A stretch of DNA of 64,000 bases. It comes from Sulfurospirillaceae bacterium (GTDB taxonomy: Bacteria; Campylobacterota; Campylobacteria; Campylobacterales; Sulfurospirillaceae). Positions within the stretch are counted from its first letter, which is position 1. Each line of letters begins with the position of its first letter. The translations under genes and the position numbers were made by a program. Below, in pieces: positions 1-7,584 of the stretch. The stretch is taken from contig JAWVXD010000001.1 of NCBI GenBank assembly GCA_033723415.1, positions 1 to 64,000 of the forward strand, given 5' to 3'. Below the pieces are notes generated by a model that worked only from the letters and a program-made list of their open reading frames with translations, was not told where the DNA came from and did not search any database.

Positions 1-82
1 TATACAAAGATAAACCCCATTCTGAAGTAAGCTTTGGATCGTTGGAGTTTGCTTTATTTTCAATCAAGGTTGTTATTTTCAT
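1..82 (-). CDS. MBL-fold metallo-hydrolase, N-terminus only (cassette gene, runs off window)
   Basis: Hand translation MKITTLIENKANSNDPKLTSEWGLSLY, resembling the MKITxLxEN...EhGLS start of MBL-fold proteins; RBS AAGGAAG upstream; follows attC 118-185. Confidence 0.65.
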   Translation of the reverse strand, partial: MKITTLIENKANSNDPKLTSEWGLSLY

Positions 83-117
83 GTGCTGATTCTTCCTTTT
101 ATACTGCAGTCATTGAA

Positions 118-185
118 GCCCAACGTTTGAGTTGAGAAATATTTGAGCCGCAGGGTAATTTATTTGCTCCTCTGGTTTGTTAAAC
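118..185 (-). repeat. attC site (68 bp)
   Basis: Minus strand GTTTAAC aaaccagaggagcaaata...tatttctcaactcaaac GTTGGGC; same family as the other array attCs (shared aattaccctgcgg core). Confidence 0.85.
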
Positions 186-430
186 TCATTGTTTACCTCT
201 ATGCCATAATTTAGAATATGACCAACCGTATAATTCAGTTATCAACATATAGCTTTTTTCGATTGAGACTTCTATATCATTGATTGCTTTTTTTAATTTT
301 TCATCATTTAAGTCGGAATTCATTCTGCTCCAATGAATAAACTCATGACGTTGTTTTACTAAATTTTCTAATTCTTCAAATAGTTTAATTTTTCTTCTTC
401 TGTAGGGTTTTAATAAAGTACTTTGAAAAT
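186..430 (-). pseudogene. 3' remnant of a HEPN-like cassette gene, 5' part lost
   Basis: Startless open frame ...KLFEELENLVKQRHEFIHWSRMNSDLNDEKLKKAINDIEVSIEKSYMLITELYGWSYSKLWHRGKQ* with R-x4-H (RHEFIH); the stop abuts the attC and the frame runs into the transposon end. Confidence 0.6.
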
Positions 431-433
431 TCA

Positions 434-1161
434 GGGGACAGTATACTAATTAATTCATTTTTTATCTTTTTTGGGTCGTCCTGCTTTTTTATTTTTATAA
501 TCAACACCTGTCAACAGCTTAATTTTATCATAAAAAGCATCATCTCCACAAGGTTTTCCCGTTCTTGTTTTTTCTTCTATATATTGTATCGGTGTGTTCT
601 CTTGTAAAAATTCTTTGTAGTCCACTATCGTATCTATAGGTACATACTCTGACAATAATTTATCTTCTTTTACTAGATTTACCCTATATAAGGCACTTGT
701 GTATTTGTAATCCCAAGGGTACTTGACCATCGAAGCTTTTACGGGATTTTGTTCTACATACTTGAGTGCATGTAAAAGATGAACTTCATCTAGCGGTGTC
801 GAATAAAACCGCTCTTGAAAAAGATGGCCTTTTACTTGTTGTTCAAAGTTTATTTTTCTTGTGTAAAGCCTGTGGGTTTCACCTATTGCCTTTGCGAGAG
901 ATTCTTGATCTTTGGGGATGGCTATGATATGCACATGATTTGTCATGAGACAATAAGCTATGATTTGTAGATCGTGCAATTTACATTGGGTAAATAGCAA
1001 CTCTTTGTAGTATTCATAATCCTCATGTTTAAAAAAGATATTCATAGAACGAACACCTCTTTGTGTAATATGATGCGGAATATGGGGGATTACTATTCTT
1101 TTTATTCTTGCCATTTGTGATTGTATTGTAATTTTACTTAATTAATTGATATACTGTCCCC
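434..1161 (-). mobile_element. TIR-flanked HUH/Y1 transposase element (TIRtron-like)
   Basis: 22-bp terminal inverted repeats, 20/22 identical: GGGGACAGTATACTAATTAATT (434-455) and AATTAATTGATATACTGTCCCC (1140-1161). The GGGGACAG end fits the GGGGWSAS tag described for TIR-associated tyrosine transposases. Confidence 0.8.
455..1114 (-). CDS. REP-associated tyrosine transposase-like (Y1_Tnp/RAYT family) HUH transposase
   Basis: HHITQRG, YCLMTNHVH (HUH), GHLFQERFYS, YVEQNPVKA, YKYTS motifs; C-terminal GRPKK. Confidence 0.9.
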   Translation of the reverse strand: MARIKRIVIPHIPHHITQRGVRSMNIFFKHEDYEYYKELLFTQCKLHDLQIIAYCLMTNHVHIIAIPKDQESLAKAIGETHRLYTRKINFEQQVKGHLFQERFYSTPLDEVHLLHALKYVEQNPVKASMVKYPWDYKYTSALYRVNLVKEDKLLSEYVPIDTIVDYKEFLQENTPIQYIEEKTRTGKPCGDDAFYDKIKLLTGVDYKNKKAGRPKKDKK

Positions 1162-1188
1162 AGATTACCCTTTCCCAGATTACCCTTT
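1159..1188. repeat. 15-bp tandem duplication at the right transposon end
   Basis: CCCAGATTACCCTTT x2, overlapping the TIR tip. Confidence 0.9.
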
Positions 1189-1224
1189 CGAAGGGTTTTT
1201 TGAAAAACAACTTGGTGTGTGTTC

Positions 1225-1303
1225 CTGCCATTTGTTGTGCGTAGCGAAGCGGAGCACGACAGATGGCAGAGATGGGCACGTTCGGTGCAAAGGTTTGTTA
1301 GTC
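1225..1303 (-). repeat. attC site of the R-M cassette, R'-side arm truncated or degenerate
   Basis: R'' GACTAAC (1297-1303) overlaps the stop codon; long hairpin ctgccatttgttgtgc/gcacgacagatggcag; no symmetric L'/R' box on the left side. Confidence 0.65.
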
Positions 1304-4000
1304 TTCCAACCCTTCATTAAGATTATTATCAAAGGAGTTTGGTATTTCGACATCTCTACCATCAATAAGATGATCAAAGTTTTTTAACGCTTCAGCCAAA
1401 GATTTATTAGAAGATTTTAAAGATGTTCTGGCAGAAATAATTTCTGAAACGATCTCTCGTTGATATCCTTTATTTTCAGGAAAACAAATTTCAAGCTTTT
1501 CAAAATCAGAAGCTTGTGTTCTTCTCCTATTACTATGCCCTGTAGTAATAGCTCTAAATGCTCTTTTATAGTACCTACTTCTAAGTAAGCTAGATAAAAA
1601 ATCTGGATCTATTCGTTCGTCTATGACTTCATAGATTGGGAATTCTTTCGTTACGATTGCTCCATCAAATTCATCAGGGACTACTGATATGCAGCCTTTC
1701 CATAAATCTATGCTTGAAAAAACAACATCTCCAGCCTTTGCAGAAAACCATGTCGATGAACTATCTCCAAAATACATTCCTAACCACTCAGGGGGGTTAT
1801 TGCCTTTACCCGCTTCTCTTGGTCTTATTTCACCAGTTTGAGAAAGTGTCATAACTACTACTTCTTGTTCTGGGTTGATCTCAGGCTTGATAATATTTTC
1901 TCTTTTTTTCATAACTTTAGAAATTGGTAGTTTTATCCATCCTTCAGGTACATGGCTTTGCTCCTCTTTTTTAAAAAGAAAATATTTTGGATCCATTCTG
2001 TGACTCTCATGAGATTGCCACATATCGATAATATCGATGGCCATGCAGTCCGGAATGTCAGAACCACTATAGGAATTAGGATTATTTACAAATTTCGAGT
2101 ATTCACCATAAATCGTTTGTTCTTGGTCTTCAGATAGCCTTCCATCATCGACTTCCCTGTATAAATCATTTAAGTCTGAAATAATTCCTGTTGTTGTGTA
2201 GCCAACAAAATTTGCTTCTGCTAAAAAAACTTTATATCTTAGACTATTAAGTGCAGTCAAAATTGCACTAGATTCACTCTGTTCATTATCGATAGCATCA
2301 TTATAAATTCGATCAAATCTTACCTTTTCTTCTCTTGAGTATTTTTTGAAGAAAAGTACAGATGTTTTGTTCTGAGCACCTGATTTTCTAAAAGCATAAT
2401 CTGGCAAAGAAACAATCGCCTCTATTTTTCCATTCTTTGCCAAATAGCGTCTTGTTGCAGGACAGTTTGAAAGTTCACCATGATTATTAAATACTCCGTC
2501 GGGTAGTATCAATCCAAACTTTCCATTAGGTTCTAGTAGATCAACAGCCCTTTCCATAATTGCATGTTCCGAAGGAACACTGCTTCGACCTTCAGCAATA
2601 TCAAAATTATGGAGTGTATTTCCACCTAATAGATCATCATCACCATCAACCACTTCATCTCCAAAAGGGGGATTTCCTACGACACGCGTAAAGCGTTCTT
2701 GATATGGAGATAGTCTTGCTAAATTAAACCTTGTATCGAGGCAGCTTCGATCACCTTCTATGTTAGTATGCCCGTCATGATGTAGAAGCAAATTTATTTT
2801 ACAAATCCTAGCTAGAATTTCATGAATCTCGATACCGAATACTTTATGTAAAGCAAAATCATTTTTATATCTATCTAATTCCGAACGACCAGCATAATCT
2901 TTATCTAGGGAGTGCCATACTTGTAACAATACTTCGAGTAAGAAACCACCACTTCCCGCAGTAGGGTCAATTACGTAGTCAGTATGTTTTATGTCGAGCA
3001 TAGCTACAGTAAATCTTGCTAATTGACGCATGGTAAAATATTGTCCCAACTCACCACGGAAAACCGATCCAAAAAATCTTTCGAATGCAGCACCAATACT
3101 ATCTGCAGATGCATCGGTGATACTGACATTTTGTAATACTTTGACAATATCTTTTATTTTTCCATCGGATAGTTCAATCTTTACACCTTCAGGAAAAATT
3201 GTTCTATCATTTCTGCTAGCTTGTTCGAATAATTCATGTACTCTAGTTGCGACAGCAGCTGAAGTCTCATTAGTACCGACCTGGAATTTTCTAGGTGTAT
3301 TGTTTGGTGTTGTTCGTTCATCTTCTACTTTTGCAAAAAGCAGTTTGCTCCATTGGTCAAAAGCAGTTAAAGGGTCACGCTTACCGCCTGCCCATATAAT
3401 TGAATGAGCACGTTTTATTTTTATTTCAAGCTGTTTGGCAGTGACTGGTGCAATGTCATTATTCCCTGGTCCAGCTATATATGTGTATTCAGGTATGTTC
3501 CCATATTGTTCAGGAATGGCGTCTCGTGTTCCTTTATTGTTCTCTTGTCGCTCTTCAGCAGGATAATTCTTAACATCAAAGAATAAAGATTCTTCATACT
3601 CTTCATAAATGCCTATTTCAGTTCTTAATGAGTTTGAGTTGCCAAATAGTTGTTCAATTCCTTGTGTTCTATCGGCGTCCGATTGGCCAGCAGCTTTACA
3701 TTCAATAACTAAGTAAGGCGATTTACATGCATCGTCCTGGTAAATAACGATATCAGCTAAATCACTAGGTGTCCTGCGAGGAACCTTTACTTCAGTTTTT
3801 ATTCGATTAGTAGGATAACCTTTTTCTAAAACCAAAAAACTTATACAGAAAGCTCTTACCCATTCTTCCGGATCTGACCATGTATAACTTTTTTTTTGAC
3901 GAATATGATAAGTTACACGGTCACCTTTAATTTCAACAATACCACGTGAAATGGCTTTTATAATATGGTCATTATTTTCTGCTTCAGCCTTAGAATACAT
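1298..4000 (-). CDS. Single-chain restriction-modification enzyme (HsdR-N-type nuclease + N6-adenine MTase + TRD; Type IIG-like)
   Basis: PD-(D/E)xK (ADIVIY..LVIECK), GQYFT, motif I DPTAGSGGF, motif IV NPPF, C-terminal HsdS-like TRD; RBS AGGAG. Confidence 0.88.
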   Translation of the reverse strand: MYSKAEAENNDHIIKAISRGIVEIKGDRVTYHIRQKKSYTWSDPEEWVRAFCISFLVLEKGYPTNRIKTEVKVPRRTPSDLADIVIYQDDACKSPYLVIECKAAGQSDADRTQGIEQLFGNSNSLRTEIGIYEEYEESLFFDVKNYPAEERQENNKGTRDAIPEQYGNIPEYTYIAGPGNNDIAPVTAKQLEIKIKRAHSIIWAGGKRDPLTAFDQWSKLLFAKVEDERTTPNNTPRKFQVGTNETSAAVATRVHELFEQASRNDRTIFPEGVKIELSDGKIKDIVKVLQNVSITDASADSIGAAFERFFGSVFRGELGQYFTMRQLARFTVAMLDIKHTDYVIDPTAGSGGFLLEVLLQVWHSLDKDYAGRSELDRYKNDFALHKVFGIEIHEILARICKINLLLHHDGHTNIEGDRSCLDTRFNLARLSPYQERFTRVVGNPPFGDEVVDGDDDLLGGNTLHNFDIAEGRSSVPSEHAIMERAVDLLEPNGKFGLILPDGVFNNHGELSNCPATRRYLAKNGKIEAIVSLPDYAFRKSGAQNKTSVLFFKKYSREEKVRFDRIYNDAIDNEQSESSAILTALNSLRYKVFLAEANFVGYTTTGIISDLNDLYREVDDGRLSEDQEQTIYGEYSKFVNNPNSYSGSDIPDCMAIDIIDMWQSHESHRMDPKYFLFKKEEQSHVPEGWIKLPISKVMKKRENIIKPEINPEQEVVVMTLSQTGEIRPREAGKGNNPPEWLGMYFGDSSSTWFSAKAGDVVFSSIDLWKGCISVVPDEFDGAIVTKEFPIYEVIDERIDPDFLSSLLRSRYYKRAFRAITTGHSNRRRTQASDFEKLEICFPENKGYQREIVSEIISARTSLKSSNKSLAEALKNFDHLIDGRDVEIPNSFDNNLNEGLED

Positions 4001-4007
4001 ATGGCTC

Positions 4008-4042
4008 CTATTTTTTTAGAGTATTATACTCTAAAAAAATAG
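4008..4042 (-). promoter_or_regulatory. Perfect 17-bp inverted repeat overlapping a TATAAT -10 box and touching the RBS of the R-M gene
   Basis: CTATTTTTTTAGAGTAT-T-ATACTCTAAAAAAATAG; minus-strand TATAAT at 4028-4023. Confidence 0.6.
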
Positions 4043-4095
4043 AAATGAATCAAAAAAATGTATATTTTGACATATGAAAGAAGATTTTAAAATGA

Positions 4096-4165
4096 GACTA
4101 ACGTTTGTCGTGAGCGATAATTTTCCCGCAGGGTAAATTATTGCGTTTCCACGAATTTGTTATGT
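4096..4165 (-). repeat. attC site (70 bp)
   Basis: ACATAAC aaattcgtggaaacgcaataa...ttatcgctcacgacaaac GTTAGTC. Confidence 0.9.
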
Positions 4166-4183
4166 TTTGAATGTGAAGCTTTT

Positions 4184-4645
4184 TTAATAGTTCCAATGGA
4201 AATCTCCATCTATTATATTTTTATCAATTAATATTTGTCTTATTTTTTTGAAGTCTTCATTGCTGACAGGAAATAAATCAATCACAAAAAACCAATAAGT
4301 TTTCCATTTATTTTCCTTTTCCCAAAACATTAAACTTCCGCCAAAAAGTCTTTTTGAAACAGTTGTCTCCATTTTTGAATAACTTAGTGTTCTTTTATAA
4401 ACTTTTCCAAATATACTTGATTCTTTTATTATTTCATTTTCATAAAAAATCAAACTTTTAAAGCATAATAGATTCAAAAAACAGAAAACAGAAAATGTAA
4501 CTAGTAGTATTCCAAAAAAATTTGCAAAGTAATTATTTACTACTAAAAATAAAAACAACCCAACTGGTAGACCAAACAATAACCATACAAGTAACATATA
4601 TATTCTTCCCAAAGGATTATATTCTATTCTTAGTAGTTCATTCAT
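4184..4645 (-). CDS. Cassette-encoded membrane protein (2 TM), 153 aa
   Basis: True start likely MNELLRIEY at 4645 (RBS AGGA); the longer ORF-track N-terminus is translated attC/module DNA; two hydrophobic helices. Confidence 0.75.
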   Translation of the reverse strand: MNELLRIEYNPLGRIYMLLVWLLFGLPVGLFLFLVVNNYFANFFGILLVTFSVFCFLNLLCFKSLIFYENEIIKESSIFGKVYKRTLSYSKMETTVSKRLFGGSLMFWEKENKWKTYWFFVIDLFPVSNEDFKKIRQILIDKNIIDGDFHWNY

Positions 4646-4672
4646 CGTTTTCCTATTCTTACCTAATATTGA

Positions 4673-4791
4673 ACATAACGGGGCGCGGGTGAGTGACTGC
4701 CGTTGGTAAACCTTTAGGTTTTCCAATGGCAGTTTGCTCCTCCCGCTTGTTATCTGGTGCGAAGCTCCGGATGCGTAGCGTCCGAGATAAC
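4673..4791 (-). repeat. Gene-less attC module, copy 1 (39-bp internal deletion); contains attC 4673-4755
   Basis: Near-identical to 5714-5871 but lacks the segment between two GGATG direct repeats. Confidence 0.9.
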
Positions 4792-4853
4792 GTTTAAAAT
4801 GAGCCAATAAATTGCCCGCAGGGTAATTTATTGGCTCCACTGACTTGTTATGC
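4785..4853 (-). repeat. attC site (69 bp)
   Basis: GCATAAC aagtcagtggagccaataaat...atttattggctcattttaaac GTTATCT; R'' overlaps the stop codon at 4848. Confidence 0.9.
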
Positions 4854-5696
4854 ATGTTCATCTCGTCCATACCGACCATATAAATATTCTTCTGTATCAA
4901 CAACTAATGAATGTTCCGTGACTTCGACCATATTGGGGTCTTCAACTGGACTAAACAATGAACAAGTGAATGAAAATGTTTCTCTGCCTACGTGACCAAT
5001 ATCACGACGTAAATCAGAATTTGAACCCCATTGCATTTCACTACCAATAATACCGCTTGCATGAAAAATGACATTTTTATTGTTTATTTCATGAATCTTA
5101 ATGTTATCAGTGTAAACTTCATCAATAAAATGATGTGAACATAATACATCAATTTCTTGAATAGTATCTAGTAAAACTTCATCAATTGTGGTATTTTGTA
5201 TCTGTTCCCATAAATTTGAAATAATCATTTCTCGACACTCATCAATAAGGATTAAAAAATTGAAGACAGCTTCAATAGTTTCAGTAACAAAGGTATCCAC
5301 TTCTTCGTTCGGCAAATCAAAACTCTTTGGTTCAATATGTGTATATTTACTGAGCTTATTTATAGCATTATTGAGTTTTTTGTGAATTGCTTTTACATCG
5401 AGATCAAGGGTATCGTTTATGTACGAATCAGTTAATCCACCTTGAACAGCGTAATATGATCTTTGTTTTCTAGTAATTCCATTTTCATTAGGTGTTTCAT
5501 TTTTATACCAAGAACATTGTAAAACGCAATCATCAGGAGCAAGGCGTTTAAGAATATGTCTTGTTAATTCACGCATGGCATATGCAAAATTATTGAGTCG
5601 TAATGAATTTTCAGTATCTTCAAGGTTTTGTAAACATGCATCAAAAAGTTTATTTTCAAACTCACTTTTCAAGTCAGATTTTATTTTTTCAATCAT
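4848..5696 (-). CDS. Cassette protein resembling predicted pPIWI-associating nucleases (HEPN-like N-terminus)
   Basis: LRLNNFAYAMRELTRH and LSKYTH in the N-half; SHHFIDEV...EMQWGSNSDLRRD in the C-half, recalled as similar to Pfam pP_pnuc families; start MIEKIK at 5696 after AAGGAA. Confidence 0.55.
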   Translation of the reverse strand: MIEKIKSDLKSEFENKLFDACLQNLEDTENSLRLNNFAYAMRELTRHILKRLAPDDCVLQCSWYKNETPNENGITRKQRSYYAVQGGLTDSYINDTLDLDVKAIHKKLNNAINKLSKYTHIEPKSFDLPNEEVDTFVTETIEAVFNFLILIDECREMIISNLWEQIQNTTIDEVLLDTIQEIDVLCSHHFIDEVYTDNIKIHEINNKNVIFHASGIIGSEMQWGSNSDLRRDIGHVGRETFSFTCSLFSPVEDPNMVEVTEHSLVVDTEEYLYGRYGRDEHA

Positions 5697-5713
5697 ATGG
5701 TTCCATTCCTTGT

Positions 5714-5871
5714 GCATAACGGGGCGCGGGTGAGTGACTGCCGTTGGTAAACCTTTAGGTTTTCCAATGGCAGTTTGCTCCTCCCGCTTGTTATCTGGTG
5801 CGAAGCTCCGGATGACTAGCGGGTGTTCAGCCCGCGCCCCGTTATCTTGGATGCGTAGCGTCCGAGATAAC
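5714..5871 (-). repeat. Gene-less attC module, copy 2 (complete): attC 5714-5796, inverted mini-attC-like site 5810-5847, hairpin 5841-5871
   Basis: Direct comparison with copies at 4673, 6582 and 7585. Confidence 0.9.
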
Positions 5872-5936
5872 GTTTAAAATGAGCAATCAAAAAGCCGCCC
5901 GCGGGTTTTTGATTGGTCTCCTTTGGTTTGTTAACC
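5865..5936 (-). repeat. attC site (72 bp)
   Basis: GGTTAAC aaaccaaaggagaccaatcaaaaa...tttttgattgctcattttaaac GTTATCT; R'' overlaps the stop codon at 5931. Confidence 0.88.
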
Positions 5937-6563
5937 TCTTTTATTTATATGAGGCCTCAGCCATTTTTCGAACTTATCAATCGCTTGATTTATTTCGGGA
6001 GTGAACTTGTCATACTCAGAATCTTCTCCACCATAGTATAAAACTGATCTTTCTGCTGCTCTTTGTTCCCGAGTAGTCATTCGGTCTAACTCCGCATCTT
6101 TTTTTCTTTCCAACAATTGTTGAATCGTAATTTGTAATTCAACTCTACAAGACCGTAGCTTGACGATGGTGTCTTGAAATTCAGCACCCCATTCAACTTG
6201 TGCATTTAAATGATGTTCTTCTAATTCACTGAAAGCTTCTGCCATTACTTTCCATCGATTTTCATAGACATATACTGTGCCTTCATGCTTGTATTCTCTT
6301 TTTAAGTGTCCATGATAATCTGTCATATCTTCAGGATATTCATATTGATAAATTGCAGGATTCCGTACATGCTTAAAGGCTTCGCGAACCTTATAGACTG
6401 ATTTCAAAACATCTTTGGCTAATTGGTATTCGGCTTTACCTTTTAACTCTTTTTTCCATGCACTTAATCCCAAATAAGCAAATATTGCAGCAGAAACAGC
6501 CGACAGTCCTACAAGTGAGTCTTTTCCAGCTGCAATCCATGGACTAAGTTCTGATATTTCCAA
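5931..6563 (-). CDS. Cassette-encoded hypothetical protein with N-terminal TM helix, helical body
   Basis: 210-aa ORF filling the cassette; TTG start after AAGGAAAAG. Confidence 0.8.
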   Translation of the reverse strand: MEISELSPWIAAGKDSLVGLSAVSAAIFAYLGLSAWKKELKGKAEYQLAKDVLKSVYKVREAFKHVRNPAIYQYEYPEDMTDYHGHLKREYKHEGTVYVYENRWKVMAEAFSELEEHHLNAQVEWGAEFQDTIVKLRSCRVELQITIQQLLERKKDAELDRMTTREQRAAERSVLYYGGEDSEYDKFTPEINQAIDKFEKWLRPHINKRG

Positions 6564-6581
6564 ATACTTTTCCTTTTAGGT

Positions 6582-6740
6582 GGTTAACGGGGGCGCGGGT
6601 GAGTGACTGCCGTTGGAAAATCTTTGGATTTTCCAATGGTTGATTGCTCCTCCCGCTTGTTATCTGGTGCGAAGCTCCGGATGACTAGCGGGTGTTCAGC
6701 CCGCGCCCCGTTATCTCGGATGCGTAGCGTCCGAGATAAC
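6582..6740 (-). repeat. Gene-less attC module, copy 3 (complete): attC 6582-6665, inverted mini-attC-like site 6679-6716, hairpin 6710-6740
   Basis: Direct comparison with other copies; compensatory stem changes. Confidence 0.9.
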
Positions 6741-6801
6741 GTTTAAAATGAGCAATAAATTAGCCGCCGGGTAATTTATTGGCTCCACTGATTTGTTAGT
6801 C
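6734..6801 (-). repeat. attC site (68 bp)
   Basis: GACTAAC aaatcagtggagccaataaat...atttattgctcattttaaac GTTATCT. Confidence 0.9.
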
Positions 6802-6804
6802 ATT

Positions 6805-7557
6805 TTATTCATTTGACCAAACCTCTTCTTTGTCCACAAACCAACCTTGGTTTTGTAGATGGGGAATAAAGTAGGTTTTTTCATGTATAGAGAGGCCATT
6901 TATTCGGAAGTATTCTAAGAGCTCGTCTAGATCTTTTTGAGAATAGATATTTATTAAAATATAGTTGCGGTTTTTAAACTGAATAAACAGATTTTTTTTC
7001 AAAAGACCAATAGATTCACCTGCTTTGTATAAGCGCAATATTTTATAGGGAAGTACAAATAGTAAGTACGTTAAAAAATAACGAAGGAAAATCGTTGCTT
7101 TTCCAATATGAACCCCGATTGAAGATTTACGGTAAAGTTGCCATGATGAAAGATGATGCCATCTGCCATATCTATCTTGTAATTCAGAAACTACACAGAA
7201 TGAAACCCGTTCTATGGAGTTTATTGGAAGACTCAGTTCAGTTTTAATGCCTTCCTTATCATAAAAATATTCCACATATTGGAATTTTTGATTGTAAAAT
7301 TTAAAAAAGCTGGGTTTTTTTTGAAAATGTTTTGGAAGTGTATATAAAAAGTAAAAAAACCAAAGGATTAAAGCACCTACGATAATAATCCGAAAAAATT
7401 CAAAACTAGAGTAATCAACTTCTTCAAATCTTCCAATTCTGTAATCATTCACCCATAGTATTATCACGACAAGAGAAATCAACATCACTAAACTAAGCTG
7501 AAAATAGGCTCCATAGTCTTTAATGATTATAGGGTTTTTGTCATAATCATGCTGCAT
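6805..7557 (-). CDS. Cassette-encoded multi-TM hypothetical protein
   Basis: Likely start MQHDYDKNPIIIKD at 7557 (RBS AAAGGAA); 2-3 hydrophobic segments. Confidence 0.78.
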   Translation of the reverse strand: MQHDYDKNPIIIKDYGAYFQLSLVMLISLVVIILWVNDYRIGRFEEVDYSSFEFFRIIIVGALILWFFYFLYTLPKHFQKKPSFFKFYNQKFQYVEYFYDKEGIKTELSLPINSIERVSFCVVSELQDRYGRWHHLSSWQLYRKSSIGVHIGKATIFLRYFLTYLLFVLPYKILRLYKAGESIGLLKKNLFIQFKNRNYILINIYSQKDLDELLEYFRINGLSIHEKTYFIPHLQNQGWFVDKEEVWSNE

Positions 7558-7584
7558 ATCTTGATTAGTTCCTTTCATTTGTAT

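Noticed and set aside
4646..4903. N-terminal 86 aa of ORF 4184..4903
   Set aside because: Translates attC/module DNA and overlaps the preceding gene; an RBS supports the start at 4645.
6711..6899. 62-aa minus-strand ORF, and similarly 1180..1377
   Set aside because: Both are off-frame overlaps of cassette gene ends running through attC palindromes.
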